NCBI GenBank assembly: GCA_963724515.1
Contig: CAVRUU010000003.1
Coordinates: 643,593-707,592 of the forward strand
Origin: Candidatus Eiseniibacteriota bacterium
GTDB lineage: Bacteria; Eisenbacteria; RBG-16-71-46; SZUA-252
Direction: 5' to 3'
Length of the DNA: 64,000 nucleotides
The position numbers and the translations under genes were made by a program. Shown piece after piece: positions 47,095 through 56,592 of this stretch; the stretch's first letter is position 1; every line of letters begins with the position of its first letter. The notes beneath the pieces are model-generated. The model was not told where the DNA came from and did not search any database. It saw only the letters and a program-made list of their open reading frames with translations.

Positions 47095-49312
47095 CGGGGA
47101 TCCTTGCGGATCGAATCGAGACGCGGGTGGACGCGCAGGAAGACTAGCCCGGTCGCGCGTTCCTCGACCGCGACGTCGAGCCAGCGGAACGCTTCGTCCA
47201 CGTCGCCGAGGCTCGCGTGCAGCGCGGCGATGCCCCACGCCGAGACCACGCGGTGCGAGCGGGCGGCGATCAGTTCCTGGAGGATGCGCCGCGCCTCCGC
47301 CTCGTTTCCGCTGCTCGCCTCGAGGTGCGCGAGGCCGAACGACGGCCCGGCGACGCCGCCGCTCAGGCGCCGGCCCTCCTCGTACTCGCGGCGGGCCTCG
47401 TCGAAGCGACCCAGCGCTTCGAGCGAGCGAGCGAGATCGGTGTGCGCGCCGTCGAAGCGCGGATCGAGCTCGATCGCCTTTCGGTAGTAGACGAGCGAGC
47501 GCTCGTACTCGCGGGCGTAGTAGTAGGCGTCGCCGACCACGGTGTGGATCAGCATCGACAAGCGGGTCGAGGCTGAGCGCCTTCAGCATCGCCTCCTGCG
47601 CTTCGCGGTGACGCTCGGAGCAGTAATAGAGCAGCCCGAGGCCGGTGTACGGGCTCGTCAGTCCGGGATTCAGCTCGATGGCGCGCGTCCAGGACCGGAT
47701 CGCGCCGGCGAGATCCATCTCGTCCGCAGCGACAGCTCCCAGCGCGGCATGCGCCTCGGCGAGGGAATCGTCCAGCTCCAGCGCCTTCATCGCGGCCGCT
47801 GCGAGCCTCGCGCGTTCGCCTCGGCCGGCGGCGCCATGCCGCGGCCGGCGCGGACGTTGTGGCACATGCGCGATCCCCGCCCACGCGGGGGCGTACGATC
47901 GGGTCCAGCTCGAGCGCGCGCTGGAAGTGCCGCAGGCCCAGCTCGATCGCCTGCGGGGACGCGGCGGCGGCCGTGTGGCGGCCCTTCAGGTACTCGACGT
48001 GCGCCTCGGGGTTCACGGGGCGCCGCTTCGCGAGCTGCGTCGCCTCGCGCGGCGTCACCTGCACCGCGATCTCCTTCGCCACCGTTTCCGCGACCCCGCT
48101 CTGCAGATCGAGCACGTCCTCGATCTCGCCGTCGTAGCGGTCGGCCCACAGCGTCTCGTCCGTCCGCGCGGAGACGAGCTGCACGGTGACGCGCACGCGC
48201 TTGCCGACGAGCAGCGCCGAGCCCTCGAGGATCGCGTCCACGTTCAGCTCGCGCGCGATCTCGGGCAGCGCCTTCTGGACGCCCTTGTACTTCATCGCCG
48301 ACGTGCGCGAGATCACGCGCAGCGCCTTGAGGCGCGCGAGCTCGGAGATCAGCGCCTCGGTCATGCCGTCGGCGAAGTACTCCTGCGCCGGGTCGTGCGA
48401 GACATTCTCGAACGGAAGCACCGCCAGCGAGCGGATGACGTCCCGCGCGGGCTCCGGCTCGACGCCGCGCCGCGCCGCCTCGCGGTTGCCGCGCAGCGTC
48501 TGGCTCACGGCTCCCGCCGACGCGGGACGCAGCGCGGGGTCCTTGCTCAGGCAGGAGTCGATCAGGCGGTCGATCTCGAGAGGGGTCTCCGGCCGCAGCG
48601 AGCGAACGGGACGCGTGGCCCCGTGCAGGATCTCGAACATCAACGCCTCCGGCCGCTCCTTCTCGAACGGCCGGCGTCCGGTCACCATCTCGTAGAGCAT
48701 CGCGCCGAACGAATAGACGTCGGTGCGCACATCGTCCGCTTCGCCGCGCAGTTGCTCGGGCGCCATGTAGGGAAGCGAGCCGAATATCGCGCCGGTCTGC
48801 GTCAGGTCGGTCATGGTCTGGGATGCGTGCAGCAGCCCGGCCAGGCCGAAATCGAGGATCTTCGGTGTCCCGGCCGCAGTAAGAACGACGTTCCCGGGTT
48901 TCAGGTCGCGATGCAGGAAGCCCATGCGGTGCGCGGCCTCGAGGGCGTCGCCGATCTCCGCCCCGAGCCGGGTCAGCTCGTCGAGATCAAGCGGCCCTTT
49001 CTGCAGTCGCGATTGGAGCGTGCCGCCCGGGACGTGCTCCATGACAAGGAAATCCACGCCGTCCTGTGTGTCGAAGTCGAAGATGGTCGCGACACCGGGG
49101 TGCGACAGGCGGGACAGGACGTGCGCCTCGCGACGGAATCGCTCGCGCGCCGTCGGGTCCGCAAGCGTGCCGCGCAGGAGCACCTTGACCGCGACGTCGC
49201 GGTCGAGATGAAGGTCGTGGGCACGGTACACCTCGCCCATGCCGCCGGCGCCGAGCGGCTCGAGGATGCGATAGTGGGAAAGCTGCTGACCGATCACGGA
49301 TCCGGCTGTCAC
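47052..49312 (-). pseudogene. Ser/Thr protein kinase with TolB-N-like oligomerisation region and C-terminal TPR repeats, split over three reading frames
   Basis: Frame 1 (47549..49312): kinase 'LGAGGMGEVYRA', 'HRDLKPGNVVL', 'DFG', 'APE', then 'RSLAVLPFENVS...YFADGMTE...RVISRTS', then the first TPR, then junk. Frame 2 (47023..47865): native TPR 'AAAMKALELDDSLAEAHAALGAV...KALSLDPL', then junk. Frame 3 (47052..47561): native TPR C-terminus 'SMLIHTVVGDAYYYAREYERSLVYYRKAIELDP...'. Junctions at about 47880 and 47555. Confidence 0.65.
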
Positions 49313-49887
49313 GCCCGCGCAGGCACGCTCGACATCCGGTAGAGGTGGCGCAGGAGCAAGATCTGCCCGAAGTGGCCGCTGAAGTGCTCGAGGATGTGGT
49401 AGAGGTACCAGCGCCGGGTGATGGAGCGCGTGGATCCGTCGTCCCGCGTGCGCGAAAACTCGCTCGCGAGATCGGCGTCGCTCACGCTTGCGGCTGCCTC
49501 CTTCACGAATTGGCGCGCGCGGGTCATGAGATCGTCGAAGTAAGCGAGGTCCTTCCCCGCCAGCTTCGCGGGCGCCGTTCCGCCTTCCTTGAGAGGCATG
49601 CCGTCATCGTCGACGCCGATTCCCAGGATCGGGACCAGATCGGCATTGGGGTCATTCTTCAACGCCACCATCGTCCACCAAACCTCCACGACCGCCAAAT
49701 GGGCGAGTAGCATCCCGATCGTGTTCATGCCCGGCTTTGGTTGCCACTGAAGCTCCTCCGGTGTCATACCTTGGATGCCTTCCCGGAGGAGCCGGAGCTG
49801 ATCGTCCATTTGCGCGATGAAGAGGGCGGCTTCCGTGGATCGGAACCCCGCCGGACGCTCGATATCCGACTTCATGTACTTGCTCAT
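49309..49887 (-). CDS. DinB/YfiT-like (DinB_2) metal-dependent hydrolase/thiol-transferase superfamily protein
   Basis: 'LAHLAVVEVWW' and a four-helix-bundle His pattern typical of the DinB_2 family. Confidence 0.6.
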   Translation of the reverse strand: MSKYMKSDIERPAGFRSTEAALFIAQMDDQLRLLREGIQGMTPEELQWQPKPGMNTIGMLLAHLAVVEVWWTMVALKNDPNADLVPILGIGVDDDGMPLKEGGTAPAKLAGKDLAYFDDLMTRARQFVKEAAASVSDADLASEFSRTRDDGSTRSITRRWYLYHILEHFSGHFGQILLLRHLYRMSSVPARA

Positions 49888-50048
49888 CAGCAGTTGCCTC
49901 GGAGTGGGGTGAGTTCTTCAGTACGGCTCGGAGCTACACCGTCTACGGTAGCAGGAGCGGCCCACCTTCCGAAGGGCTATTCAGCGCGCCGCGGGGGCGC
50001 TCGCCAGGAGTATCCGCGGGGGGAAAGAGAGGGATCTGGAGGGGTTGC

Positions 50049-50525
50049 CTAGGCGGGCACCTTCGTCGGAAGGCGATGCGCCGAAACAGCCTTCAGTACA
50101 CCCATCACGTCCGCGTAACCGATCCCGTCATCCTCTCGGCGCAAGCTCTTCTCCGCGGCGAGGGCGAGGTCGTTCAGCGAAATTACCCCGCTCAGCTTTC
50201 CCTGTTTGTCGACCACCGGGAGCCGGCGAACCTGTCCCTCGCTCATCCGATGCATCGCGACCCGAACGTCGTCCGATGGCGCGCACGTGAAGGCGTGACT
50301 GCCCATGACTTCCCGCACCGGAATCGAGCTGGCGGAGGAATGTCTCGTGGCGGTCGCCATGCAGATGTCCCGATCCGTGATCACCCCCGCGAATCGTCCC
50401 GAGGAACTCTCCACGACCGGCACGAACCCACAGTCCCGGCGCCACATGATCATGGCCGCCTGGGCAAGATCCGCCTCGGGCGCGCACGTCTCCACATCCC
50501 GCGTCATCAGGTGCTCGACTTTCAT
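50049..50525 (-). CDS. CBS-domain pair protein (~158 aa)
   Basis: Native sequence begins 'MKVEHLMTRDVETCAP...' with two CBS motifs ('GFVPVV...GVITDRDI', 'RRLPVVDKQGKLSGVISLNDL'). The preceding 73 codons of the track ORF are junk. Confidence 0.7.
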   Translation of the reverse strand: MKVEHLMTRDVETCAPEADLAQAAMIMWRRDCGFVPVVESSSGRFAGVITDRDICMATATRHSSASSIPVREVMGSHAFTCAPSDDVRVAMHRMSEGQVRRLPVVDKQGKLSGVISLNDLALAAEKSLRREDDGIGYADVMGVLKAVSAHRLPTKVPA

Positions 50526-50780
50526 GGCCGTCTCCTTCCTGGCGGAGCGCATCGCGCTCGAACATCTCCGCGATCCCGCGCATCCAATCCAATTCATGTG
50601 GGTTCCACATGAAGGCTCCTCGAAGCAACCGTGGCGGGGAGCAGTCGGTAGGCCCCCCAAAATGGGTAGGGGCCGCGACGTTTTCTCGGCGGTTCTCCTC
50701 GGGCGTCGATCGAGCAATCGACGAGCACGAGAACCGAAGATCATGCGCCGAGACGTGACGGCCCCCTATGGAAGGACGAA

Positions 50781-51215
50781 CTACGCGGTTTTGATCGGTA
50801 CGAAGATCCCTTTGCTCGCCTCGGCCTTCGGAATCGCGATCGTGAGGATGCCGTTCTTGAAGACGGCGTTCACTTTGTTGTCATCCACCGGAATTGGCAG
50901 GCGGATGGACCGCGTGAAGACTCCGTACGAGCGCTCGATCCGATAGAACCGCTCGTCCTTCTCCTCTTCCTCCTTCTTTCTTTCACCCGAGATCGTGAGG
51001 ATGTGATCTTGCAGGGAGATCTTGATCTCCTTGGGATCCAGCCCCGGAATCTCCATCTTCACGAAAAAGAACTCCTTCGTTTCGGAGAAATCGAGAACGG
51101 GGCTCCATTCTCCCATTGTCCGCTCCGGGAGATCCCCCTCCCAGATCCTGTCGAAGAGGCGGTCCATCTCGTTACGGAGAACCGTCAGTCCGTTTCCCGG
51201 CAGCATCGCTTTCAT
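50781..51215 (-). CDS. Hsp20/alpha-crystallin family small heat-shock protein
   Basis: 'SPVLDFSETKEFFFVKMEIPGLDPKEIKISLQDHILTISGER...SYGVFTRSIRLP...NGILTIAIPK' is the canonical ACD. Confidence 0.85.
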   Translation of the reverse strand: MKAMLPGNGLTVLRNEMDRLFDRIWEGDLPERTMGEWSPVLDFSETKEFFFVKMEIPGLDPKEIKISLQDHILTISGERKKEEEEKDERFYRIERSYGVFTRSIRLPIPVDDNKVNAVFKNGILTIAIPKAEASKGIFVPIKTA

Positions 51216-51348
51216 GATCTCCTCCCCCTTCCGCCTTCGTTTGTGCCCATCGTTCTCGCTCGATCTACCACATATTACAATGTGCGCCGGGACGGGATCG
51301 GTCCATGGTCTGTTGGGAGGAGGAGGAAGTAGACGGAGGGTGTACTGC

Positions 51349-53160
51349 CTACCGAACCCGGAGCGCGTTCAGGATCACCGCCGCATCGAGCGCCTCCTGC
51401 ATCACCGCGCCGACCGCGGGGGCCACCAGCCCCAGGCTCGCGAATATCATCAGCAGGAAACTCACGCCGAGCCCGACACCGATGCTCTGGAGCGCAATGC
51501 GCCGCATGCGGCCGCTGATGGCCATTGCGTCACCCACACGCGAGATGTCGTCCACGAGGAGCACGATGTCCGCGGCCTCCGCGGAAACCGCGGTGCCGTG
51601 CTCGCCCATCGCGATCCCGACCGTGGCGGCGGCCAGGGCGGGGGCGTCGTTGATCCCGTCCCCAACCATCACGACGGTCCCGTGGCGGCGCCTCAGATCC
51701 TTGATCGCGGCGACCTTATCGGCCGGCAGGAGGTTCGCGCGCACGGTCCGGATGCCCGCCTGCGCGGCGATGACGTCGGCGGTAGCCTCCCGGTCGCCCG
51801 TGAGCATCACGGATTCGATCACGCCCAGCACCGCGAGCCGCTGCATCAGGGACGGCACCTGGTGTCGCAGTGGGTCGTCGAACTCGATCGTTCCGGCGAG
51901 ACGCCCGTCCACGGTCACGTAGGCGACGGTGTGGTGATCGGGGGCGGGCGGCGCCGCGACGCCGCGCGCCGCGATGTACCCGGCCGATCCGATAGCCACC
52001 AGGTGACCCTCGACCCGGCCCGAAGCCCCTGAGCCCGGAGTTTCCAGAAAGTCGGTCGCCTCGGGAAGGAGCCCGAGCCGCTCCCGGCCCGCATCGGCGA
52101 CCGCCTTGCCCAAGTGATGGGACGAGAGCTGCTCGACCGAAGCCGCGAGGCGCAGCAGATCGTCCGACGTGGTCCCGTTCATCGTCTCGATGCGGCCCAC
52201 CGTTGGATGGCCCAGCGTGAGCGTTCCGGTCTTGTCGAAAACGACCGCGCGGGCCCGCCCCACCTGTTCGAGCGCGGCGCCGGTTTTCACGATGACGCCG
52301 ATGTCCGCCGCGCGGCTGATCCCCGCGATCACGGCAATCGGGGTCGCGAGGATGAGCGGGCAGGGCGTCGCGACCACCAGCACCGCGAGCACGCTCGTCG
52401 CGCTGCCCGTGAGGAGCCACGCGACACCGCACATCGCGAGCGTCAGAGGGGTAAACCACACGGCGAAGCGGTCCGCCAGCCGTTGTATCGGTGGCTTCTC
52501 GCGACGCGCCCGCTCGACGAGGCGCACGATCTGCTGGTACTGGCTGCTGTCCGCCGCTCGGAGCGCGCGCATCCGGAGCGCCCCGTCGAGGTTGACGCTC
52601 CCTGAGAGGAGCCGCGTCCCCGGAACCGCGCGGATCGGAAGCGGTTCGCCGGTGAGGGCCGACTGATCCACGGCCGATGTGCCGTCGGTCACCTCGCCGT
52701 CGACCGGAACGAGGTCGCCGGGGCGGACCAGCAGCTGGTCCCCTACCTGGATTTCGCCGACGGGGACCACCGTTACCTGTCCCGCTTGGAGGCGATGGCC
52801 GAATTTCGGCGCCCTGGCGAGCAGCGACTCCAAGGAGCTGGACGCTTTTCCCATGGCGTATCGCTCGAGGGCCTCGCCCCCTGACTGCATGAGAGCGATG
52901 ACCGCCCCCGCGAAGTACTGCCCGACGACGAGGGCCGTGACGATGGCGAGCATCGCCACGATGTCCGCCGCGAACCGCCCCCTGACGATTCCGCGCAATG
53001 TCTGCCAGACGAGCGGCACGCCGCCCACGAGGAGTGTCGCCAGGAAGATCCATCGCGCCGGCTCGGGGGCGCGGAACAGGAGGCGCGCGATCACCCCGGC
53101 CACAAGGCCCGCGGCCACGATCGCGGGAAGCGGGAACAGCTTGATGAGCCGGAGCATCAA
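51349..53160 (-). CDS. P1B-type heavy-metal-translocating P-type ATPase lacking an N-terminal metal-binding domain (603 aa)
   Basis: 'DKTGTLT', TM 'CPL' ('ATPCPLILATP'), 'SSHHLGKA' (SEHPL-like), 'MVGDGINDAPALA', 'TGD'. Starts directly with the membrane helices. Confidence 0.8.
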   Translation of the reverse strand: MMLRLIKLFPLPAIVAAGLVAGVIARLLFRAPEPARWIFLATLLVGGVPLVWQTLRGIVRGRFAADIVAMLAIVTALVVGQYFAGAVIALMQSGGEALERYAMGKASSSLESLLARAPKFGHRLQAGQVTVVPVGEIQVGDQLLVRPGDLVPVDGEVTDGTSAVDQSALTGEPLPIRAVPGTRLLSGSVNLDGALRMRALRAADSSQYQQIVRLVERARREKPPIQRLADRFAVWFTPLTLAMCGVAWLLTGSATSVLAVLVVATPCPLILATPIAVIAGISRAADIGVIVKTGAALEQVGRARAVVFDKTGTLTLGHPTVGRIETMNGTTSDDLLRLAASVEQLSSHHLGKAVADAGRERLGLLPEATDFLETPGSGASGRVEGHLVAIGSAGYIAARGVAAPPAPDHHTVAYVTVDGRLAGTIEFDDPLRHQVPSLMQRLAVLGVIESVMLTGDREATADVIAAQAGIRTVRANLLPADKVAAIKDLRRRHGTVVMVGDGINDAPALAAATVGIAMGEHGTAVSAEAADIVLLVDDISRVGDAMAISGRMRRIALQSIGVGLGVSFLLMIFASLGLVAPAVGAVMQEALDAAVILNALRVR

Positions 53161-53163
53161 CGC

Positions 53164-54276
53164 TCAGGGCGTGATGGCGACTTTGAGCACTCCGTCGCGC
53201 TGGTTCGCGAAGAGCTCATAGGCCTCTTCGATCTGGTCCAGCCGATATCGGTGCGTCACGAGCGGCCGCAGATCGGCCATGCCCGAAGCGAGCACGCCCA
53301 TCAGTCTCCGCATCCGCTCCTTGCCACCGGGGCACAGGGTGGTGACCACGGTGTGGTCCCCCAGCCCCGCCGCGAGAGCGTCGAGAGGCAGGCTGAGCTT
53401 TCCGGAGTAGACCCCCAGGCTCGAGAGGACGCCGCCTGGTCGCAGGACGCGCAGGCAGCTCTCGAAGGTTTCCTGGGTGCCGAGGGCCTCGATCGCCACG
53501 TCGACGCCGCGGCCAGAGGTGTCTTCGAGAATTGCTCTCACCGGATCCTGCAGCCTGCGGTTGATGATGACGTCGGCGCCGAGCTTGGATGACATGGACA
53601 GACGCTGGGCCAATGTGTCGACCGTGTAGATCCGCGTGGCCCCCAAGAGCTTTGCGCCTACCGTCGCGCACAAGCCGATCGGGCCCTGAGCGAAAATGGC
53701 AACCGTGTCTCCGATCCGGATTCGGCCGCTTTCCGCGCCGCCGAATCCCGTGCTCATAATGTCGGGGCACATGAGCACTTGCTCGTCGGTGAGCTCGTCG
53801 GGAATGGGGGCGAGATTGGCCATCGCGTTCGGGACGGCCACGTATTCGGCCTGGCATCCGTCAATGGTGTTCCCGAACCGCCAGCCCCCGATCGCCTTTC
53901 CGCCGCACTGGGCCGGGCTCCCCCCGAGGCAGGCGTAACATTGGCCGCACGGGGTGATCGCTCCGACGATTACTCTCTGGCCGACCCGGTACCCGGTGAC
54001 TGCAGTCCCGAGCTCCTCGATGATGCCGACCGGCTCGTGGCCGACGGTGAGGCCGCGGGCCACCGGGTACTCTCCCTTCAAGATATGCACGTCGGTGCCG
54101 CAGATGGTCGTCGTCTTGACGCGAAGCAACGCCTCGGTCGGGCCGATCGCAGGGATCGACTTCTCTTGTAGCACGATGCGGCCCGGCTCCACGAAGACCG
54201 CCGCCTTCATGGTGCCCCGGGTCTTCCGCGGCCCCGGGATCACGGGGGCCGGCAGGGTCACGTCGGTCTCAGTCAT
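53164..54276 (-). CDS. Zn-dependent alcohol dehydrogenase (MDR superfamily; threonine/sorbitol dehydrogenase-like)
   Basis: 'GHEPVGIIEELG', structural-Zn Cys cluster 'CGQCYAC', Rossmann 'GPIGLCATVGAKLLGA'. Confidence 0.8.
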   Translation of the reverse strand: MTETDVTLPAPVIPGPRKTRGTMKAAVFVEPGRIVLQEKSIPAIGPTEALLRVKTTTICGTDVHILKGEYPVARGLTVGHEPVGIIEELGTAVTGYRVGQRVIVGAITPCGQCYACLGGSPAQCGGKAIGGWRFGNTIDGCQAEYVAVPNAMANLAPIPDELTDEQVLMCPDIMSTGFGGAESGRIRIGDTVAIFAQGPIGLCATVGAKLLGATRIYTVDTLAQRLSMSSKLGADVIINRRLQDPVRAILEDTSGRGVDVAIEALGTQETFESCLRVLRPGGVLSSLGVYSGKLSLPLDALAAGLGDHTVVTTLCPGGKERMRRLMGVLASGMADLRPLVTHRYRLDQIEEAYELFANQRDGVLKVAITP

Positions 54277-54712
54277 GGCGGCTCGCTTCTCTGACGACGA
54301 GGACGCTGCACGGCGCGTGCGTCACCACGTGTGAAGCCACGCTCCCGAGCAGCAGCTTCTTGATTCCGGTCCTTCCGTGCGATCCCACGACGATGAGCTC
54401 CACGTGCTCGGCCCGAGCCGTCTCCAGAAGCGCTACGCGAGGGTCCGCGACCACCATTCGCGCTTCGGCGGCCTGGCCCGCCTCCATGAGCCGCGCCGCG
54501 GCACGGTTTGCGATGTCTCTGTGGTACTTCTGCTGCTCTTCCAGGAGCTGGGCGATGGCATTGGGTGCGGTGGCTTCGCCGGGCCCGACGAAGATCGGGG
54601 CGACGGCTGAGAGGACGAGAAATTTCGTTGCCTTCGGCCAGGCTGCTCCGGTGGCGTACCGGATGGCGGCGTCCGAACAAGGCGAGTCATCTACACCGAT
54701 CAGCACTTTCAT
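54269..54712 (-). CDS. Universal stress protein (UspA family)
   Basis: 'MKVLIGVDDSPCSDAAI...ELIVVGSHGRTGIKKLLLGSVASHVV'. Internal start of track ORF 54269..54793. Overlaps the ADH gene by 8 nt. Confidence 0.75.
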   Translation of the reverse strand: MKVLIGVDDSPCSDAAIRYATGAAWPKATKFLVLSAVAPIFVGPGEATAPNAIAQLLEEQQKYHRDIANRAAARLMEAGQAAEARMVVADPRVALLETARAEHVELIVVGSHGRTGIKKLLLGSVASHVVTHAPCSVLVVREASRHD

Positions 54713-54852
54713 CGTATCTACCTCCTCTCTCTCCTCTTCTCGGCGATCATATCGCCGTCGCGCATCCAGCGCCAACCTATCCATAGGTAGCATGACGCGG
54801 TGGCGGCTGATGCCATGACAGAGCCGAAACTCGGCTGGGCTATACTGCGGCC

Positions 54853-56562
54853 ATGGAGCCGGACGAACGGATCGACCCTGTGACCGGGGAGCGGTATCGG
54901 GCGGTGTCGAAACGCGGAGAGGCGCTTCTCGATGATCCGATTCTGAACAAGGGGACCTGCTTCTCGGAAGCGGAGCGAGCCGCTCTGGCGCTCCGCGGCC
55001 TTCTTCCCCCGGGAGTCGCGACGGAGGAGGAGCAGCGCGCCCGCGCGTACGAGAATTTTCAACGCTCGGGCAGCAACGTGCAGCGATATCTCTTCCTCAA
55101 TGCACTGCAAGACCGCAACGAGACGCTCTTCTACCGTCTCCTCCTCGATCACCTCGAGGAGATGATCCCGATCGTCTACACGCCCACGGTTGGGCGGGTA
55201 TGCGAGCAGTTCAGCCACATCTACCGCCGGTCACGCGGCGTGTACGTCTCCGCCCAGGATCGCGGCCGTATCGCGTCCATCCTTCGCAACGCTCCCTATT
55301 CGGATCCTCGCGTCATCGTCGCCACGGACAACGAGGCGATTCTGGGGATCGGAGACCAGGGCGTCGGCGGCATGGGGATCCCCATCGGAAAACTCTCTCT
55401 CTACACGGCCGGCGCGGGGATCCACCCCTCCTCTTGCCTGCCCCTGGATCTGGACGTCGGAACCGACAACCAGGCTCTTCTCGACGATCCGCTCTATCTC
55501 GGCGTCTCGAGCCGGCGGCTGCGTGGGCAGGCGTACGACGACCTCGTGGACGAGCTGGTCGATTCGATTCACGAGGTGTTCCCGCGCGCACTCCTACAGT
55601 GGGAGGATTTTGCGAGCCGGAACGCCTTTCGCGTGCTCGCGCGGCACCGCGACCGGATCCTCTCCTTCAACGACGACATCGAGGGGACCGGCGCCGTCGT
55701 GACCGCGGGCATCCGGAGCGCGCTCAAGCACATCGGACGGCATCCCTCCGGGGAGCGCATCGTCTTCTTCGGAGCGGGCGCCTCAGGGGCGGGCTCCGCG
55801 CTCGCCCTGAGGCGGGTGCTCCAGGCGGAAGGAGTCCCGGAATCAGCGCTCGGCTCCCGGGTGCTTTGCCTTGATTCGCGAGGGCTCATCCTTCGGGACC
55901 GGCCAGGGCTTGTTGGCGAGAAGGCGATCCTCGCCACGGATCCAGCCTTTGTGCGTGGGTGGCGGTTGCGAGATGCGGGAAGGGTCGGGCTCGACGATGT
56001 GATTCACAACTTCCACCCCACGATTCTGGTCGGCGCCTCCGGCCAGCCGGGATCGTTCACCGAATCCGTCGTCCGCGGGATGATCGGCCACTGCGCACGA
56101 CCCATTATTCTCCCGATCTCCAATCCCACCGACAATGCCGAGGCGACCCCGGCCGATCTGCTTCACTGGACGGGCGGCGCTGCAGTCGTTGGGACCGGGA
56201 GCCCATTCCCGCCCGTAACCCAGAACGGAGTCACCTACGAAATCGGCCAGGGGAACAACGTGCTGATCTTCCCGGGGGTGGGGCTTGGGGCGCTCGCGGT
56301 GGAGGCGCGCCGAATCACGGATGCGGCGTTCGCGGCAGCGGGTGAGGCGCTGCACCGGTTCACCGACATAACCGGCAGACCTGGGGAGGCGATCTACCCG
56401 CCGCTTTCGCGGCTGCGGGACGTGTCCCTCCAAGTGGCGCTCGCGGTCGGAGCGGCCCTGATTGAGGAGGGAGTGGCGGATCCTCTGTCCGCCGCGGAAG
56501 TGGAGCGGAGCGTTCTGGAGATGGTCTGGGAACCCGTCTACCGGCCGTATCGGCCCGCCTGA
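54853..56562 (+). CDS. NAD(P)-dependent malic enzyme
   Basis: 'VYTPTVG', 'NDDIEGTGAVVTAG', 'FFGAGASGAG', 'FNDDIEGT' divalent-metal and NAD motifs; 569 aa. Confidence 0.85.
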   Translation: MEPDERIDPVTGERYRAVSKRGEALLDDPILNKGTCFSEAERAALALRGLLPPGVATEEEQRARAYENFQRSGSNVQRYLFLNALQDRNETLFYRLLLDHLEEMIPIVYTPTVGRVCEQFSHIYRRSRGVYVSAQDRGRIASILRNAPYSDPRVIVATDNEAILGIGDQGVGGMGIPIGKLSLYTAGAGIHPSSCLPLDLDVGTDNQALLDDPLYLGVSSRRLRGQAYDDLVDELVDSIHEVFPRALLQWEDFASRNAFRVLARHRDRILSFNDDIEGTGAVVTAGIRSALKHIGRHPSGERIVFFGAGASGAGSALALRRVLQAEGVPESALGSRVLCLDSRGLILRDRPGLVGEKAILATDPAFVRGWRLRDAGRVGLDDVIHNFHPTILVGASGQPGSFTESVVRGMIGHCARPIILPISNPTDNAEATPADLLHWTGGAAVVGTGSPFPPVTQNGVTYEIGQGNNVLIFPGVGLGALAVEARRITDAAFAAAGEALHRFTDITGRPGEAIYPPLSRLRDVSLQVALAVGAALIEEGVADPLSAAEVERSVLEMVWEPVYRPYRPA

Positions 56563-56592
56563 GCCGGCGCTCGGCTGGGGCCCGCCCGGGGC

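Noticed and set aside
47645-49342. Plus-strand ORF 47645..49342 (565 aa)
   Set aside because: Antisense shadow of the second kinase gene.
51022-53053. ORFs 51022..52032 (+), 51305..51922 (+), 51716..53053 (-)
   Set aside because: Shadow or alternate-frame ORFs over the P1B-ATPase gene, which has unambiguous DKTGT/CPx/GDGINDAP motifs in frame 51349..53160.
56563-56592. GC-rich inverted repeat between the convergent malic-enzyme and response-regulator genes
   Set aside because: Probably just a bidirectional terminator-like hairpin (no U-tract); nothing distinctive.
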